From Octopus vulgaris (lineage: Eukaryota), in contig OX597823.1 in assembly GCA_951406725.2 (NCBI GenBank), positions 67,952,001 to 68,016,000 on the forward strand: DNA of 64,000 nt, given 5' to 3'. Below, piece by piece: positions 38,273-51,400 of the stretch. The position numbers and the translations under genes were made by a program. Every line of letters starts with the position of its first letter. The first letter of the stretch is position 1. The notes below the pieces were generated by a model. It did not search any database. It saw only the letters and a program-made list of their open reading frames with translations, and was not told the origin of the DNA.

Positions 38273-38567
38273 TCAGTAGTCTTAAGTGCTTTCACTGCAT
38301 TACTTTGTGCAGCTCTGTGTACCTTGGGTATGTGCTGTGGTTTATTGTGGTGCTCTTATTTTCACTGTATTGAAATTTCTTTACATAAGATGTGTGCAGT
38401 ACATCATAGTGCTATTTTCTGTATGTTATATGTATTCCTAGATCCTGGTGTTTTGGTTATGTATTTGTCTGTATGTTTTGTAATCTTACCGAATATACCT
38501 ATTATTATAGGGATTTTTTCTGTTTTTAGGTTCCACATTCAGGTTATTTCTGTTTTCAAATCTTTGT
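38273..38567 (-). mobile_element. Short R4/Dong-clade 3' fragment embedded in (TAA)n
   Basis: KDLKTEIT.MWNLKTEKIPIIIGIFGKITKHTDKYITKTPG..NIQKIAL..TAHIL, homologous to 48090-48400. Confidence 0.75.
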
Positions 38568-38577
38568 ATTATTATTA

Positions 38578-38621
<44 letters not shown>

Positions 38622-38771
38622 TTTACTGTTTTACTTCTCAGAGCACTCAGCCTTCTTTGCTCTGGTTGATTTTGTGTGAGTAGACAGCAGCTTGTTGTCA
38701 GAGTTTTCACAGGATCTCTTTCCACACATTATAAGCTTAGATACTTGTTTGTCAATTACCATGAAAGACAT

Positions 38772-38960
38772 AAGGCGGTAAGCTGGCAGAATCGTTAGCA
38801 TGCTGGGCAAAATGCTTAGTGGTATTTCGTCAGTTTTTATGTTCTGAGTTCAAATTCCGCCGAGGTTGACTTTGCCCTTTCATCCTTTTGGGGTCAATCT
38901 AATCGACTGGCCCCCTTCCCCAAAAATTTTGGGCCTTGTGCCTAGAGTAGAAAAGAATTA
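38772..38960 (+). mobile_element. SINE family B, low divergence (another copy at ~38052-38260)
   Basis: aaggcggtaagctggcagaatcgttagc..ttctgagttcaaattccgccgaggttgactttg. Confidence 0.85.
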
Positions 38961-39534
38961 CCATGGAAGACATTCAACATCCAAATACCAATCTCAAAAT
39001 CCTTACTGTCCCCAGCAGAGCAGTTTTTTGGGCTTGCTCTGTTCTTATACCAATTCCGATGTGCTGGCAGTGTAAAAGTTAATGTATTTTGTACTAATTT
39101 TCAAATGGTAAAGCTTGGATAGTGGCAGATAAAAATGACAGAATAATTTCATGGATATGTAAAATGAACTATTTTTTGATCAAGGTATATCCAATGTAAA
39201 AACTACCAGAGGATGTGATGTAGAAATTTCAGTGAAGTGTTACATGTACTGAAAGATGTTTTACTAGTTATTTGAAATTACAGAAAGGTGAAGAGTGTAG
39301 TACAAGAGGAAACCTCTTTTTCTATTGCTTAGTCAGGAAGTCAGGCCTCCAAAACTGGTAGAAGAGAGGAAGAAAAATATCTTTGAGCTGGAGATCTGGC
39401 TCTAATATTTGTTATAGAGTGGACCCCACTAGAAGCATCCAATGATCATGTAGTGTGTTAAAAAGAGTAATAGATTGTCTATCACCCATGTAGATCATGG
39501 CATGATTTGAACTCAAAACAGCAACAGCAGGAAC

Positions 39535-39760
39535 AAATATTGGTTTTAAATTCTGGCACAAGGCCAGCAATTTTGGGGGAAGCACTAAGTCATTTAAACT
39601 GACCCCAGTGTTCAACTGGTACTTATTTTATTGACTCTGAAAGGGGTGATATGCAAAGTTGACCTTGGTAGAATTTGAACTCAGAATGTAATGATGGATG
39701 CAATGCAAGAACAGAAACAAATTTTGCAAGGGATTTTATCCACTGTGCCAATGATTCCAC
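39535..39760 (-). mobile_element. SINE family B
   Basis: Reverse-complement match to family B. Confidence 0.75.
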
Positions 39761-42119
39761 CTTTCCAATACTCTAGATATGAATATATTATATGAATCCT
39801 GGAAGGATGAATGACAATGTTGATGTTGGCAGGATTTGAATTTCAAATGCAAAGAGCCAGAATAAATGCTACAAGGCATTCGATTCAATATTCTAATGAC
39901 CCTGATAAGTTCTCACCTATAGAAAACTAGAGGATAAATTTGAATATCAGAGGAAAGTGGTTATGTATGAAAATATTGACAACAGTTAAATGATACAACA
40001 ATGAGAAGAATTTGTGGTAACTGGAAATTTCTGGTCCTCTGTAAGAGACTGGATTATATGAGGTAGTTGTTTGGCTCAGGCTGTGTTCTGTATCTAGAAA
40101 ATTTGCAACAAATGTTGAATGCTAAACTAAACTTAAAATTTTAATAATTAATACACTGGGCAGAGACTTTCATTTCATCATGTTCTCTATGTCTTCTGGA
40201 ATTTTAGTGGTGGTTTCAGAGAAACGAAACTGCTAATTATGTAAATGTATGAGATTCACCACTTGCGCAAAAGAGACTCATATTCTCATTTCCAAATTTC
40301 CGGTCAGATGTTGTTGTTGATTAACTCTCAGTCAGACTTATAATTAAAGGTGTTCCAGCAAGGACTTTCTACTCTTTCTATATTGGATAGAGCATCTAGG
40401 AATATATCATCTAATGTGCCCTTCTTTTTTTAAGTAAGTATAGTATGATCTTGAGAAAATTCAGCTGCTGTTTCGAGCATTGAGGCTTTGTTGTTAGCAT
40501 GTCAGTAACAAAGATGGTTAAACATTTTGAAGAGAAGAAAAATCAGATTCTAAAATACAATGCTTGTGAATATTGACTGGTGATGCATCTGCATTGATCA
40601 GGTTTGTAGGTGTTGGGAGAAAAAAGATTTCATGAATATTGCAGCTACAGTTGTGGATCTCGGATGAGGTAATTAACAGCAACAACCATACAGGTAATAT
40701 ATTATGGGTGGTTTTGGTAACTATCAGATAAAACTTTCAGAATATATATTCACTTTGGCGATTAGGTATCTAGTGAGCCTATCCTTTGTATGTGTGTGTG
40801 TCTCTTTCTATATGGGAAATAGATACCATATCTAACAATAGAATGCTAGGAAGCAAAAATATGGCTGAGTTGCTAAAAGTATCAGATAGAATGATGCCTT
40901 GCCATATTTGTCCTGGCTTTCTACAATCTGAATTCAAATCTTTGAGCTCAACTTTGCCTTTTATTCTTTTGTGAGTGATAAAATAAAGTTCAGGGCATTG
41001 GCTCGGCAAAATTGTTAGAGCACTGAAGAAAATGCCTTGCTGTATCTCTTCCACTCCTATATGTCCAAGTTTAATTTCCATCCAAGGAGTCAGATCCCAC
41101 CAATGGCCAGGATTTGACCATGTTACTGCAATTGATTATGAAGGTTGCAACAGGTAGAGCAATATTGTGACCATAGGCTACAGTAATAAAACTGTGATGA
41201 TAATTCTAAAAGGAATTTAATATATAAGAATAATGAAGTTTTAAGTGAAATGTCAATAAATAAATCTCATTGTTTTCATAAAATATGAAGCCAAATAAAT
41301 TAATGAATGAACATTTAAAGCAATGAATATTGCTTCTTTGTTACAATTTGAATAGCATAAATGCATGGGTTTATGTAATGTCAAGAAATTCTATATTTTT
41401 GAAATTGGTTGTAAACTTTATGAATTTGTAATGTAAATAGAAAAACATAACTGAGGTTTTTGGGATGATGTTTTAAATTTCCTTATTCTTCCACAATTTA
41501 GAAACAATGCACAGCTAAAAGCCATCAAACTTCATAAAATGCAAAACCCAGTAATTTGATTCCCTTACATGATGGTGATTTGCTACTCATCTAATTAGGA
41601 CTACACCAAAAAAAGCCAGTTGCTGATCATAACTAGAAAATATATCCCATTTCTGAATAACAGCTATCCCCATACAAATTACTTTAACCCAAAGGTAGGG
41701 AACTCTTCATGTTGTAAAGCCACATTAATGACATTAACTATTAACAAATAAGGTCACATTTCAAAAAATAATTTGTGCTGTTTAACATATATAAAATACA
41801 GTCATTCATGAAAATTGTTACAAAATGTAAAACAGGCAGAGATTCAGAATTAGTACTCTTTTCATAACTTAATTTTTGTTTTTGAAAAGTTCTTCAGATT
41901 TCTATATTTTGAAGATATCCCCAGCATGGCCACAGCCTAATGACTGAAACAAGTAAAAGAAGTGTTCCTTAAAATATTTATCACTGAGAAAATATGCCTT
42001 AAATAAAATAAAATCAGCAAAAATATATTCCAATATAAGGATTTCCTCCCAAACGGTGTACCTCTATCAGAAAGCTGCAAATTATCCAGTTCTGCTCTAA
42101 CCTTTTAATAAAGCAGATG

Positions 42120-42345
42120 AGTCAAATAGGAGGTCCTCTATGTGGTTGCTTAACCTGCTAAAAATAGCAACCAAGTCTCTTTGAAACCACAACTCACCAT
42201 CTTAACCCCCTCTGCTTACAAAACAATGGATAATGTAATCCTAGGTACACAATATCTGAAAAACAAAAGATGGCATGGCTGGAATGTCTTTTGGTCACAG
42301 ATAAGTTTGACCAGGGAAGCCTTAGGGCTAAACAACAATACAACT
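42120..42345 (+). repeat. Unclassified interspersed repeat family E (also ~5050-5200, 15950-16135, 16650-16830, 29090-29270, 40300-40500, 49100-49265, 49520-49720)
   Basis: Recurring gctagaaatagcagccaaatct..aaatcaca..ggataatgtagtcctaga..ggctggaatg.ctttgatcatag..gggctaaacaacaa blocks on both strands. Confidence 0.65.
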
Positions 42346-42874
42346 ATGCCATACACTTGTTTTGCTTCCTAAATATTTGCTTTGTTGATAAATCATTTAT
42401 TCACCAAGTTGCTTAATAATTTCATCTCTTCACTTACTACTACAATAATCTCTGCTCCTATAAACTTGCTTACTCTATGTATACCAATCTCACATAATTC
42501 CACTTGTTTTGCTTATTCTCTCAACAGTCATCATTCCATTGTTTCTCATTCACTCACACTTCATTGTAAACACTTTCCAATCCTTTTAGATTGAACATTA
42601 AATATATTAATCTTATGTAGTTGGCTTTATTTCTCAGTAGAAAATAACTTGAAAATAATAAAAAGAAAAACATAGCCTGTTAGTCTCCTTCATACAAGCT
42701 AAAAGAAAGACATCTCATACATTTCCTTAATGCAATTTGATAATAATATTAGTCTCCTTTGGCAAAGCAGAAGGTTAAGAGAAATGACTGTGACATGAAA
42801 TTGTAATACTTTTCACATCAAATCATGCATACTTAAGTGTGTATGAATGTGAGTATATATCTACCTGTCTCTCA

Positions 42875-42876
<2 letters not shown>

Positions 42877-42914
<38 letters not shown>

Positions 42915-42929
42915 CTCTCTCTCTCTCTC

Positions 42930-42998
<69 letters not shown>

Positions 42999-43016
42999 AT
43001 ATATATATATATATAT
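42877..43016. repeat. Compound microsatellite (CA)n(CT)n(TA)n
   Basis: Direct inspection. Confidence 0.97.
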
Positions 43017-43164
43017 TCTCTTTTTATATGATATAATTATCTTACTACACGTAGAACTTACCAATATGAAGTTTAAGAATAATCTTCAAGAGAGGATACA
43101 ATAAATACAGCTAATAACTGTAACAAATCTTTAGTTTTAATGTTGTTCACTGCTTTATCATTAA

Positions 43165-43385
43165 ACCTTTAGCATTTAAACTGGCAATATCTGGCAAAAT
43201 ATTCTACCTGTTTTACCTTTAAACCAGTCAGATCTGGCCTTTCACACTTAACCCTACAATGCCATTTTTAAGAATAAACAATCACATCATAGAAATATTA
43301 AAACTATGAGATAGTACATGATCAATTCAAAGCAACACAAATAAATAAGCATTACATTTGACACAGTTATCTGAATGCTAAACGG
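43165..43385. mobile_element. piggyBac-like MITE (a truncated copy lies at ~22339-22545)
   Basis: TTAA on both flanks, termini ACCTTTAGCATT / AATGCTAAACGG. The second copy begins ttaaCCCTTTAGCAT. Confidence 0.75.
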
Positions 43386-43569
43386 TTAAAGTCTCTATTT
43401 TTAAAATTAAATAAATAAACTAATTTAGTTAAATTACTTTGTGCTCATTGATGACAAAAGCTTTGTATTTAGATGATATAAAATGTGTGATGAGAAATAT
43501 ATGTGTAACTAATATTTATTTTCTGATCTGTAATTAGTTAAAATTTAATTTAATTTAGCTTCTATATTA

Positions 43570-43980
43570 GGAATTTCTTCTCTAAATCTTTGTCATAATG
43601 AGCTATGAGAACGAGGTTTATTTGTTTACAGGATTTAAAATCCTCTGTTATAACCTAGATGAGCATAATGAACAGGAGGGAATTGAGATCCAAACACTGC
43701 CTGGCACCTATTTACTTCCATGTTAAATTCCTTGCTGAACTCATATCCCAACTCCCACCTTGTCAATGGCATCAGTGTACATAACTGGCAAGGCTCTTCA
43801 CCTACATTCACTTACATCTAACTTTCTTTTTTAATAGCTCCAGAAAAACAGAATTCTGTGTCCATATTTTTAAGATTTCTACATCCAAACACTGTTATCT
43901 TCATTTTGTCCTTTCCATCATGAGCTGACTCCCACAAGCTTGTGGCCATAATTCTTCTTGCCTTAAAATTGGCTCATGAA
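43570..43980 (-). mobile_element. Decayed RTE reverse transcriptase fragment
   Basis: Remnants VMYTDAIDKVGVG.EFSKEFNMEV, SLLFIM..VITEDFK, LVLIA..DLEKKF. Confidence 0.7.
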
Positions 43981-44220
43981 ATATTCAATACCTTGCATAT
44001 AAAGATATAATTAGTTATAATTAAAGAAAATATATAAATAGTTGCATTGTTTTATACGTTTGAGATTTATCAATTGCTATCCCTACTTTTCACATAGACA
44101 TTGTTATATATGTCTAATTTGTTCAGAAATTTATATCAAGTCCTTTAATGATAAATGTCTTTGTTTCTGATGAATCAAAATTTATAGCGTGAAGTACATG
44201 TATGCCCACTTGTCAGTCCT

Positions 44221-44333
44221 GCAGCTGCTGCTACTACTACTACTACTGCCACTACCACCACCACCACCACAATCATCATCATCATCACCACCACCACCAC
44301 CACCACCACCACCACCACCATCCCCATCATCAT
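44221..44333. repeat. Compound trinucleotide microsatellite (CTG)(CTA)(CCA)(CAT)
   Basis: Direct inspection. It adjoins a ttttccatgcttgcatgg RTE-type tail. Confidence 0.95.
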
Positions 44334-44629
44334 CAGGCACAGCAACTTTCACATCTTTTTCCATGCTTGCATGGACTGAGCAGGTTTTCAATAACTGAGT
44401 TTGCTATGGACAATCAATATCTCCTTTGTGAGGTTCAGTATCCTGAGAGCAGGCTCTTCTTCATAACATTGCTTCTGCTTAATGTCATACTCCATACACT
44501 TCATATATCTATACTAGTGCAATTTCCTGTTTTGCATTCTTTACCTAATTCTTCATATATTTAGCTTTGCTCTCGGTTAAATTGTCACTTAAACATGCTA
44601 AATATTACCCATCCAGTGGTGCTTGTTTG

Positions 44630-44898
44630 TCTAATTTCCTTCTCTAAATCTTTGTCATAATTAGCTATGAGAATGAAGTTTATTTGCTTACAGGATTTAC
44701 CACTGTGAGTTAGGCTTAAAGTCCTGTTATAATCTAGACAAGCATAATGAACTGAGATCCAAACTCTGTCTGGCACCTACCTACTTCCATGTTAAATTCC
44801 TTGCTGAACTCATTTGCCTACTCCCACCTTGTAGATGACATCACTGTACATGTCTGGCAAGGCTCTTCACCTACATCCACTTACATCTAACTTTCTTA
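44630..44898 (-). mobile_element. Second copy of the same decayed RTE RT fragment
   Basis: About 260 bp direct repeat of ~43570-43828. Confidence 0.75.
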
Positions 44899-46739
44899 AA
44901 GACCAAAAAAAGATACCAAAATATAGAGTGTTAACCAGTCAACAGCTTTCTCTAGATTAAAAGAGAGTATAACAAATTGAAAAATTTCGAATTTTGCAAT
45001 TTGTCTCATGGGATATAGAAAAAAATGACCAATTTTCACTTCTGTGGCTGGAATTAGCATATAGATGTATTTAGAATGTGGACTAGATTTACTTTCATAT
45101 TTTTATGTGAAAGAAAAATAAATGTTACTTGAAAGAATCAAGTAAAAAAAAAACCCAAAAAACATCAAACGCTTTTGGAAAGAATCTATATAGGAACACA
45201 CATGTGCACACACAGATAAGCACAACACACTAACACATAATTTTACACACACGGGATCAAGATTATTAACAGACATTAGCCTAGATATGGACACTAATGG
45301 GAAGCTTGAGTTTTATAGGACAGACACTAGTACACTTATTTTCAGGATATGCATTTGACAGCAGAGAGGAGTGATCACTTGTTGGCTGTCACTTAGCTTT
45401 CAGTTTTGATTGATTCAAATAACTAAGTAAATTTTAAGTACATTTTCTATACCTTTTCACTAACATACAACATAACAAGAAGTAAATATTTTCTGGTTGG
45501 CAGTATGTGTGCTATTATTATTTATACTTTCTTTAAAATTTCTTGTCAAAAATAGATTTTATAGATAAAATGAAATGCAATAAACAATTGCCATGTAATA
45601 CATACATATATATGAGAAATAAATGAAGCTGAAAATGCACAGAGAATATAAGAAGATTTATGTAAATTTACACACACATACATGGAGAGAGAGGGGGGAG
45701 AGAGAGAGAGAGACAGACAGACAGAGAAAGAGAATTACATATGAATCCCCTATCCATTTTAACTTGGGTCTAAGTTATATTTTACTAGCCTAAGAAACCA
45801 CTATACATTTTGAATACTTGATAAATTTTTAGCCTATTTTGGTTAGCATATATTACCAGATTACAAGATTTAACATAAAGATTGAGACAAGCTGAATATA
45901 TCAATATGTAGCAAATATAATGATGATGTGTTTTAAAAATAGCAAGGAAATTCTCTAAATTTACACAGAAGCTGGATATTCATGATTGTTATGAACTTTC
46001 TTTTTCAGCTATTGATTCCACTATCAATAGTATAGTATAAACCTATAATCTCTTAAAAGCTCTCAACAGGATATTTGCTTCAGATCTAAATATATATTTT
46101 ATATAGGACAGTGTCATAGACGAAATTGCTCACATTTCAAGAATAAGTTTTCATACAGTTACAAACTGTACTAATTTAGTGTAATTATAGCAAAAATGTG
46201 ATACTATGGTCTCACCTACTTATCTTATCTAGCTATATAAAATAAATATATAAATAAACAATATGACAGTATTACTATATTTCTTATTCTTAGAATTCAT
46301 GCAGTGAAGCTAATTTCATTTAATATATATATTGCCAATGGACTGAAACTAATTTCACTTCATATACATAAACTATAGATAAAGGAACATTTGTTAAATA
46401 ACAAACATGATAAGGAGACAGAAAGACATGACAGTCTTCTTAAAGGAGATTGAATTATTTATGAAACAATTCTTGAGAAAATTGAACAAATCCTTGCCGA
46501 ACTTTTTCTAAACTTCTATTTTGAAGAAGTACCTGGAATGGTTAATATTATTGATGAGATGCTGAAATTTAGCTGAGAATGACTAAAAGAGAAATGTTAT
46601 AGTTGAAAAATAACAGATGAATCTAGAGATTATTAAATGTCTAACAGAATTCTTCACAATGCAGTCTTTGATGTAAGATTGAGTGTTTTAAACAGCTTTT
46701 TTTGATAAACACAGCAACCACTAGTATAATATTTTGCAC

Positions 46740-47072
46740 CAGATAGCCAGGGAAGAAATGTTCCTGACTTAAAATTCTGAGTTCAAATGCTATTGGGGTC
46801 GACTTCACCTTTCATCGTTTTGGGATCAATAAAATGAGTACCAGTTGTGTACTGAGTTTGATCTAATCAACTGGCCCCCTCTCCAGAAATTTTTGGCCTT
46901 GTGCCTAAAGTAGAAAACAATAAAATAAGTACCAGTTCAAATTCAGCCAAGGTCGACTTTGTTTTTCATCCTTTCAGGGTCGATAAATCAAGTACCAGTC
47001 AAGTACTGTGGTTGATGTGATCAACTATCCCACTTTTCACAAATTCCAGACCTTGTGCCTATGTTAGACAGG

Positions 47073-47075
<3 letters not shown>
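46740..47075 (+). mobile_element. Two tandem SINE family B pieces ending in (ATT)n
   Basis: The block gtcgactt..ttcatc..gataaa..agtaccag occurs twice. Confidence 0.75.
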
Positions 47076-47114
<39 letters not shown>

Positions 47115-47679
47115 TAGTCAGAGTAGAAGGGTGGGAATAGAATAAATAACTTAGCAGTTCTTCTCTGATGTTCATCCTGATGCAAGTAAAGAGAAAATGT
47201 AGGCTGGAATGGAGTTCCAGAGAAATGCAATTTTATGTAGAAAAGGCATAGCAAAGAGTTTAGTGCAGCAGTTTTAGGATTAGACATATTAAAAAGACAA
47301 GTGTACTGGGTAGGATAGAGACAGTATGCAGCTTTTTGTTTAAGGGAAAGAAGCTATAATAATTACTGAGGAAAAGATATATTCAGCAGAAACAGCATAT
47401 CTAGAGATAAGCAGATTTAGTGTTTTGGTGACTGAATGTTTGGCAATCAGCTAGAAGGCTCTTTTATTGTATAAAATGTGGCTTATGATGTTTATGTATA
47501 AAATAGAAATACTATCACAAATATGTGAACTGCTCTTGTGATTGCTAGAGAGTCAGTAGTTACTAAAGGCCTAAACAGTGCTTGCTCTGAATAGGAAACT
47601 AATCCTTTGGAATTTAGTTTTGGCATTGTTAGATACCAAAACCTGCTTAGCTGTCTTGGATTGCTTTACATGACTGCTA

Positions 47680-48400
47680 CATGGCCAAGAGCTGAAAAAA
47701 TCATAATGCAGGTTTAGATTGCATTACAAAAGCAAAGCTTTCCCATTAAAAACCACCAAAATGCAAGTAATGAAGAGGAACACATTAAGTAACTATACAA
47801 TATCTAAAGATTGAGAAGAAACATTAACCACATAATCTCTCGTTGTCCAAGTTCAGTCAAGAGAGAATATATCTGTAGGAGGACAAAGTTGGAGACTATA
47901 TATAATGGAAATTCTACTGGTATTGTGAAATAGCAAAAAAGAAAGGTTTCCAGAGAATATCTGGGATATACCAATCCATACTGACAGGGATATCAAAACT
48001 AAGAGGCTGAATATTGTAGTTATGGACCATTGGGAAAGGCAGTTCCAACAGACAATAATGTGTTGCAAAAAGAAATAGGAAATTATTCAAATATAAATAT
48101 TTAGAAACAGAAATAACCAAAATTTGAGAATTGAAAACTGAAACAACCCTTATAATAACAGGTGCCCTGAGAATGATTAAAATATGTACAAATGAATAAC
48201 CTAAACCCCAGGATTTAAGAACATGCACAATATATTGAAAACTATATGACTAGACACAGCACACAGATGTGAAGTAGTCTCAAGACAAAAGGAAATACAA
48301 AAACCAAAGCAAAACACTGTTCACACCAGAGCACTTAGAGTTGTTCTTGGTAGTGTAGTGAAAGCACATGATAAAAATACGACAACCAAAAAATGATAAT
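47680..48400 (+). mobile_element. Decayed R4/Dong-clade non-LTR retrotransposon 3' end (restriction-like endonuclease domain)
   Basis: Remnants INHIISRCP (CCHC knuckle), IWDIPIHTDRDIKTKRLNIVV (RPD motif), AVPTDNNVLQKE, KYKYLETEITKI.ELKTETTLIITGAL, LDTAH. Confidence 0.75.
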
Positions 48401-51400
48401 GATAATTGGTGATTTCCTGTATCAATAATTTCACACTGAAATCCTATACAAGTTTACATTTGAGGGACAATCATTCTTAAGTGAAGAAGAATTGACTAAT
48501 TAAGTGTGAATTGTGATCAATATGGAATAAAATTTTGTTTAGTACTTGTCAACAATTATCAGTATAAAAAGTAAATCACTTCATTTTATGTCTGAACTAT
48601 ATAAAATGTTAAAAGAGAAAAAAAAAAGAAAAAGAAAAAATGAGAAAAAGTTCTCACTATAGATACAGACATTACACTAAAAGTTATAAAGTTATGAGAA
48701 TATAATTTAATTTAATCGATGGATTTACTCAAATTATAGTGTATTATTGTTATAAGCACTGTAGAGTAGAAGGTATGTCTAACAACTTGAATTAATGTAC
48801 CACTTTCCATTCTAGTTATTTTATTTCATTTGTATCATAAATGTGTGTGTGAGTGTATACATACAGATATGTATATTAGTATAAATGTTCATAATTCCCA
48901 TTTCTTGAGTATGAACACAATAGAGGTGTATACATATCAATTAATACCTTTAATATGCATGACAAATAATTTATCACACTTCTGCATTGATTAATTAAAT
49001 ATTAAAACACTTTTTATTCTTGCAATACAGTTCTATAGGAAATGTTTAATTCATAAAATATTATCATTTACAAAGATTTAGTAATAAGATTTTATAATAT
49101 TGTTTAGCCACAGGTTGGTTTAGATTGAACAAATCTAAGAGCAAAGGCATTCTAGTCAATCATCCTGCCTTTTCTTTAAATATAATGTGTCTAGGGTGAC
49201 ATCATCAAATATATACTTCCTTTCCAAGTTAGTAGTATGTGATTTGGGAGGAGATTTGGCTCAATATTGTAATGTAGAAAAATTTAATAGAAAAATTTTA
49301 ATAGAAAAAAAGTTTAATAGAAAATTAAAGGGCTGTTTACTATGTAAGCATTTGTGTAAGATGATATAATTTCAGACATTAAAAAGAAATGAAGCAAAAA
49401 CTAAAGGTGTAGGATGGTTATGGTTTTTGAAATCCCTAACTCTTGAAACTACCTGTCTTGGAGAAATATCCCCAAATATAGCAAATAGAAGAAACATAAG
49501 TAAAAACTTAGTTTTCTGCCAGTCACTGGAAGTCTCTATGCGGTTGTTTAGCTTGGTAAATGTAGCAGCCAAATATTCTTCACATCACAGCCTTCCTTGG
49601 CAAAACAGAGATGCATCAGATAAAGTAGTTTGGGGAAGAAGATAAGATCATTACATTTAGAAAGAAACCTTCAGTCGTTCAGGGTCAGCCTGTGGCTAAA
49701 TAAGAGAACAAAAACAACAAAGCTTAAAGATACTACAAATTTCTCTCTCTTTTTCCCATAGAATTGCTATAACTACTGCTGAATTATCTGTTACAAGTGG
49801 GTCTCTAACAGTAAATGGGTGTTATTGAAATTGCATAAAAACAGAAAGACAATGGGGTGAATTTTTCCATTTTTTTTTTCAATACAGTTTACATAAATTT
49901 CTGTTTCCAGAGAGTGGGGGTGGACTCAAGCAGTTGTTTTTATAGCTAGATGCTACTCCTATTGAAAACAATTCAAGCATGAATCAAGTATGGATTCCGA
50001 AGTGAGCAGAGTTAAGCATCCTACTCATAAATTGACTTAGGTAATATTGAATGATTGTCAATATGTTAGTAGTTCACCACATTAACCTTACTGCAATTAT
50101 ACCTCATGTTTTTCACAAAAATCTATTTTATACTACAAAAATGATTTAAATCTGGAAAAAAAAAGAAAACAAATGGAACACATTTAAAAAAATACATACT
50201 GACTATACAGAGTTCATCAACATTGATTTAGTTGAAATATAAATGGATTTGTCTTGTAATAACACACGAGTCAAAGAGGTAAACATCCATTTTCAAAAGA
50301 GACAGATCCTTCACAAACAGTTAGAGACATTGATTGTATGAAAGATTTTGTTGTAGTAATGTTCAAGATGATGTTGAGAAGGAAATAGAAAATAAACCAT
50401 GTGGAGTTCACTTGCATCAAATTACTGGTAACTTTAGAGAAGAGAAATTATAGGCTTCAGTTCCTAATGAGAATGTTTTTAGTTTCAAATTCTATTACAT
50501 TCTTTCAAAATATTGAGAGTTTTTTATAACATTGTTGCTGTGAAATTGATTATCTCTTAAATAACAATTATGGTTGCCTCATAGAAAACTTTTTAAATTC
50601 TGTTGCAGAAAATACTTTAATCTCAGATCATGACTGTCATTTAATTTGATTCATTTTGTTGATGTTAGTCTCAGAGGTCAGCAAGTTCATGCTAATTATC
50701 TGATTACTTTTCAAGCTGAAGTTATAAATTTGGCAAGCAAAGGACTGTCAATACACAATTTTCCCTGCAACTGGGTTGTTGCCAACATTAGACTGTGTTT
50801 ATATATGCATCTCTCTGTACCAACTTTAGCTATGACGCCTTCACAAGAAATAATGTTCGCTATGCTTGATAAACCTTTTACTATAATGTTTTCAATTTCC
50901 CTTACTACTCTTGTAATAATTCTAAGAACACAAAAAATAATTCAAAGATTACAAGAAGCTTTGTAAAAAAAATTTGTGCTATATTTTTATTTCTGGTCAG
51001 CTGGATTTAATTATGTCCTTATATCTTCCTGGTTCAAATCATATTGTGTCCACCATACAAGGCCCTACAATAATCACCCAACCCAGTCCTTTCTTCTCAT
51101 AATGTTGGGTTTCTGGAATTCCTTTCCTGTCTATGTTAGGTGAGCTGTGAAACAATAAGTTTTGGGAACCTCTACTCTGGGAAGTTGATAAATCTCACAA
51201 TGAGGGAGGGTAATTTCAATGGATTTATAATGTTGTCCAACAAATATGTGGCCTTGTATCAATATAATAAATCATTATTGCATCCTTTCAGATCCCTTTA
51301 ACCTAGTTAATTCTTTTGTCTTTGATCAACTCTGTGTACTTTGTATATTTAAAAAAATTTTTTAGTACATCTAACAAGAATCTAGTGATTGAAAGTTAAT

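Noticed and set aside
40059-40080. TGAGGTAGTTGTTTGG resembling let-7
   Set aside because: Only the first 9 nt match, and there is no complementary arm for a precursor hairpin.
44182-44564. Poly-His, poly-Pro and poly-Gly ORFs
   Set aside because: They are microsatellite translations. The same applies to the ORFs at 63151-63424, 37802-38165 and 42837-43036.
50646-50966. 106-aa plus-strand ORF in non-repetitive sequence
   Set aside because: Non-ATG start, no recognisable domain and no supporting splice structure.
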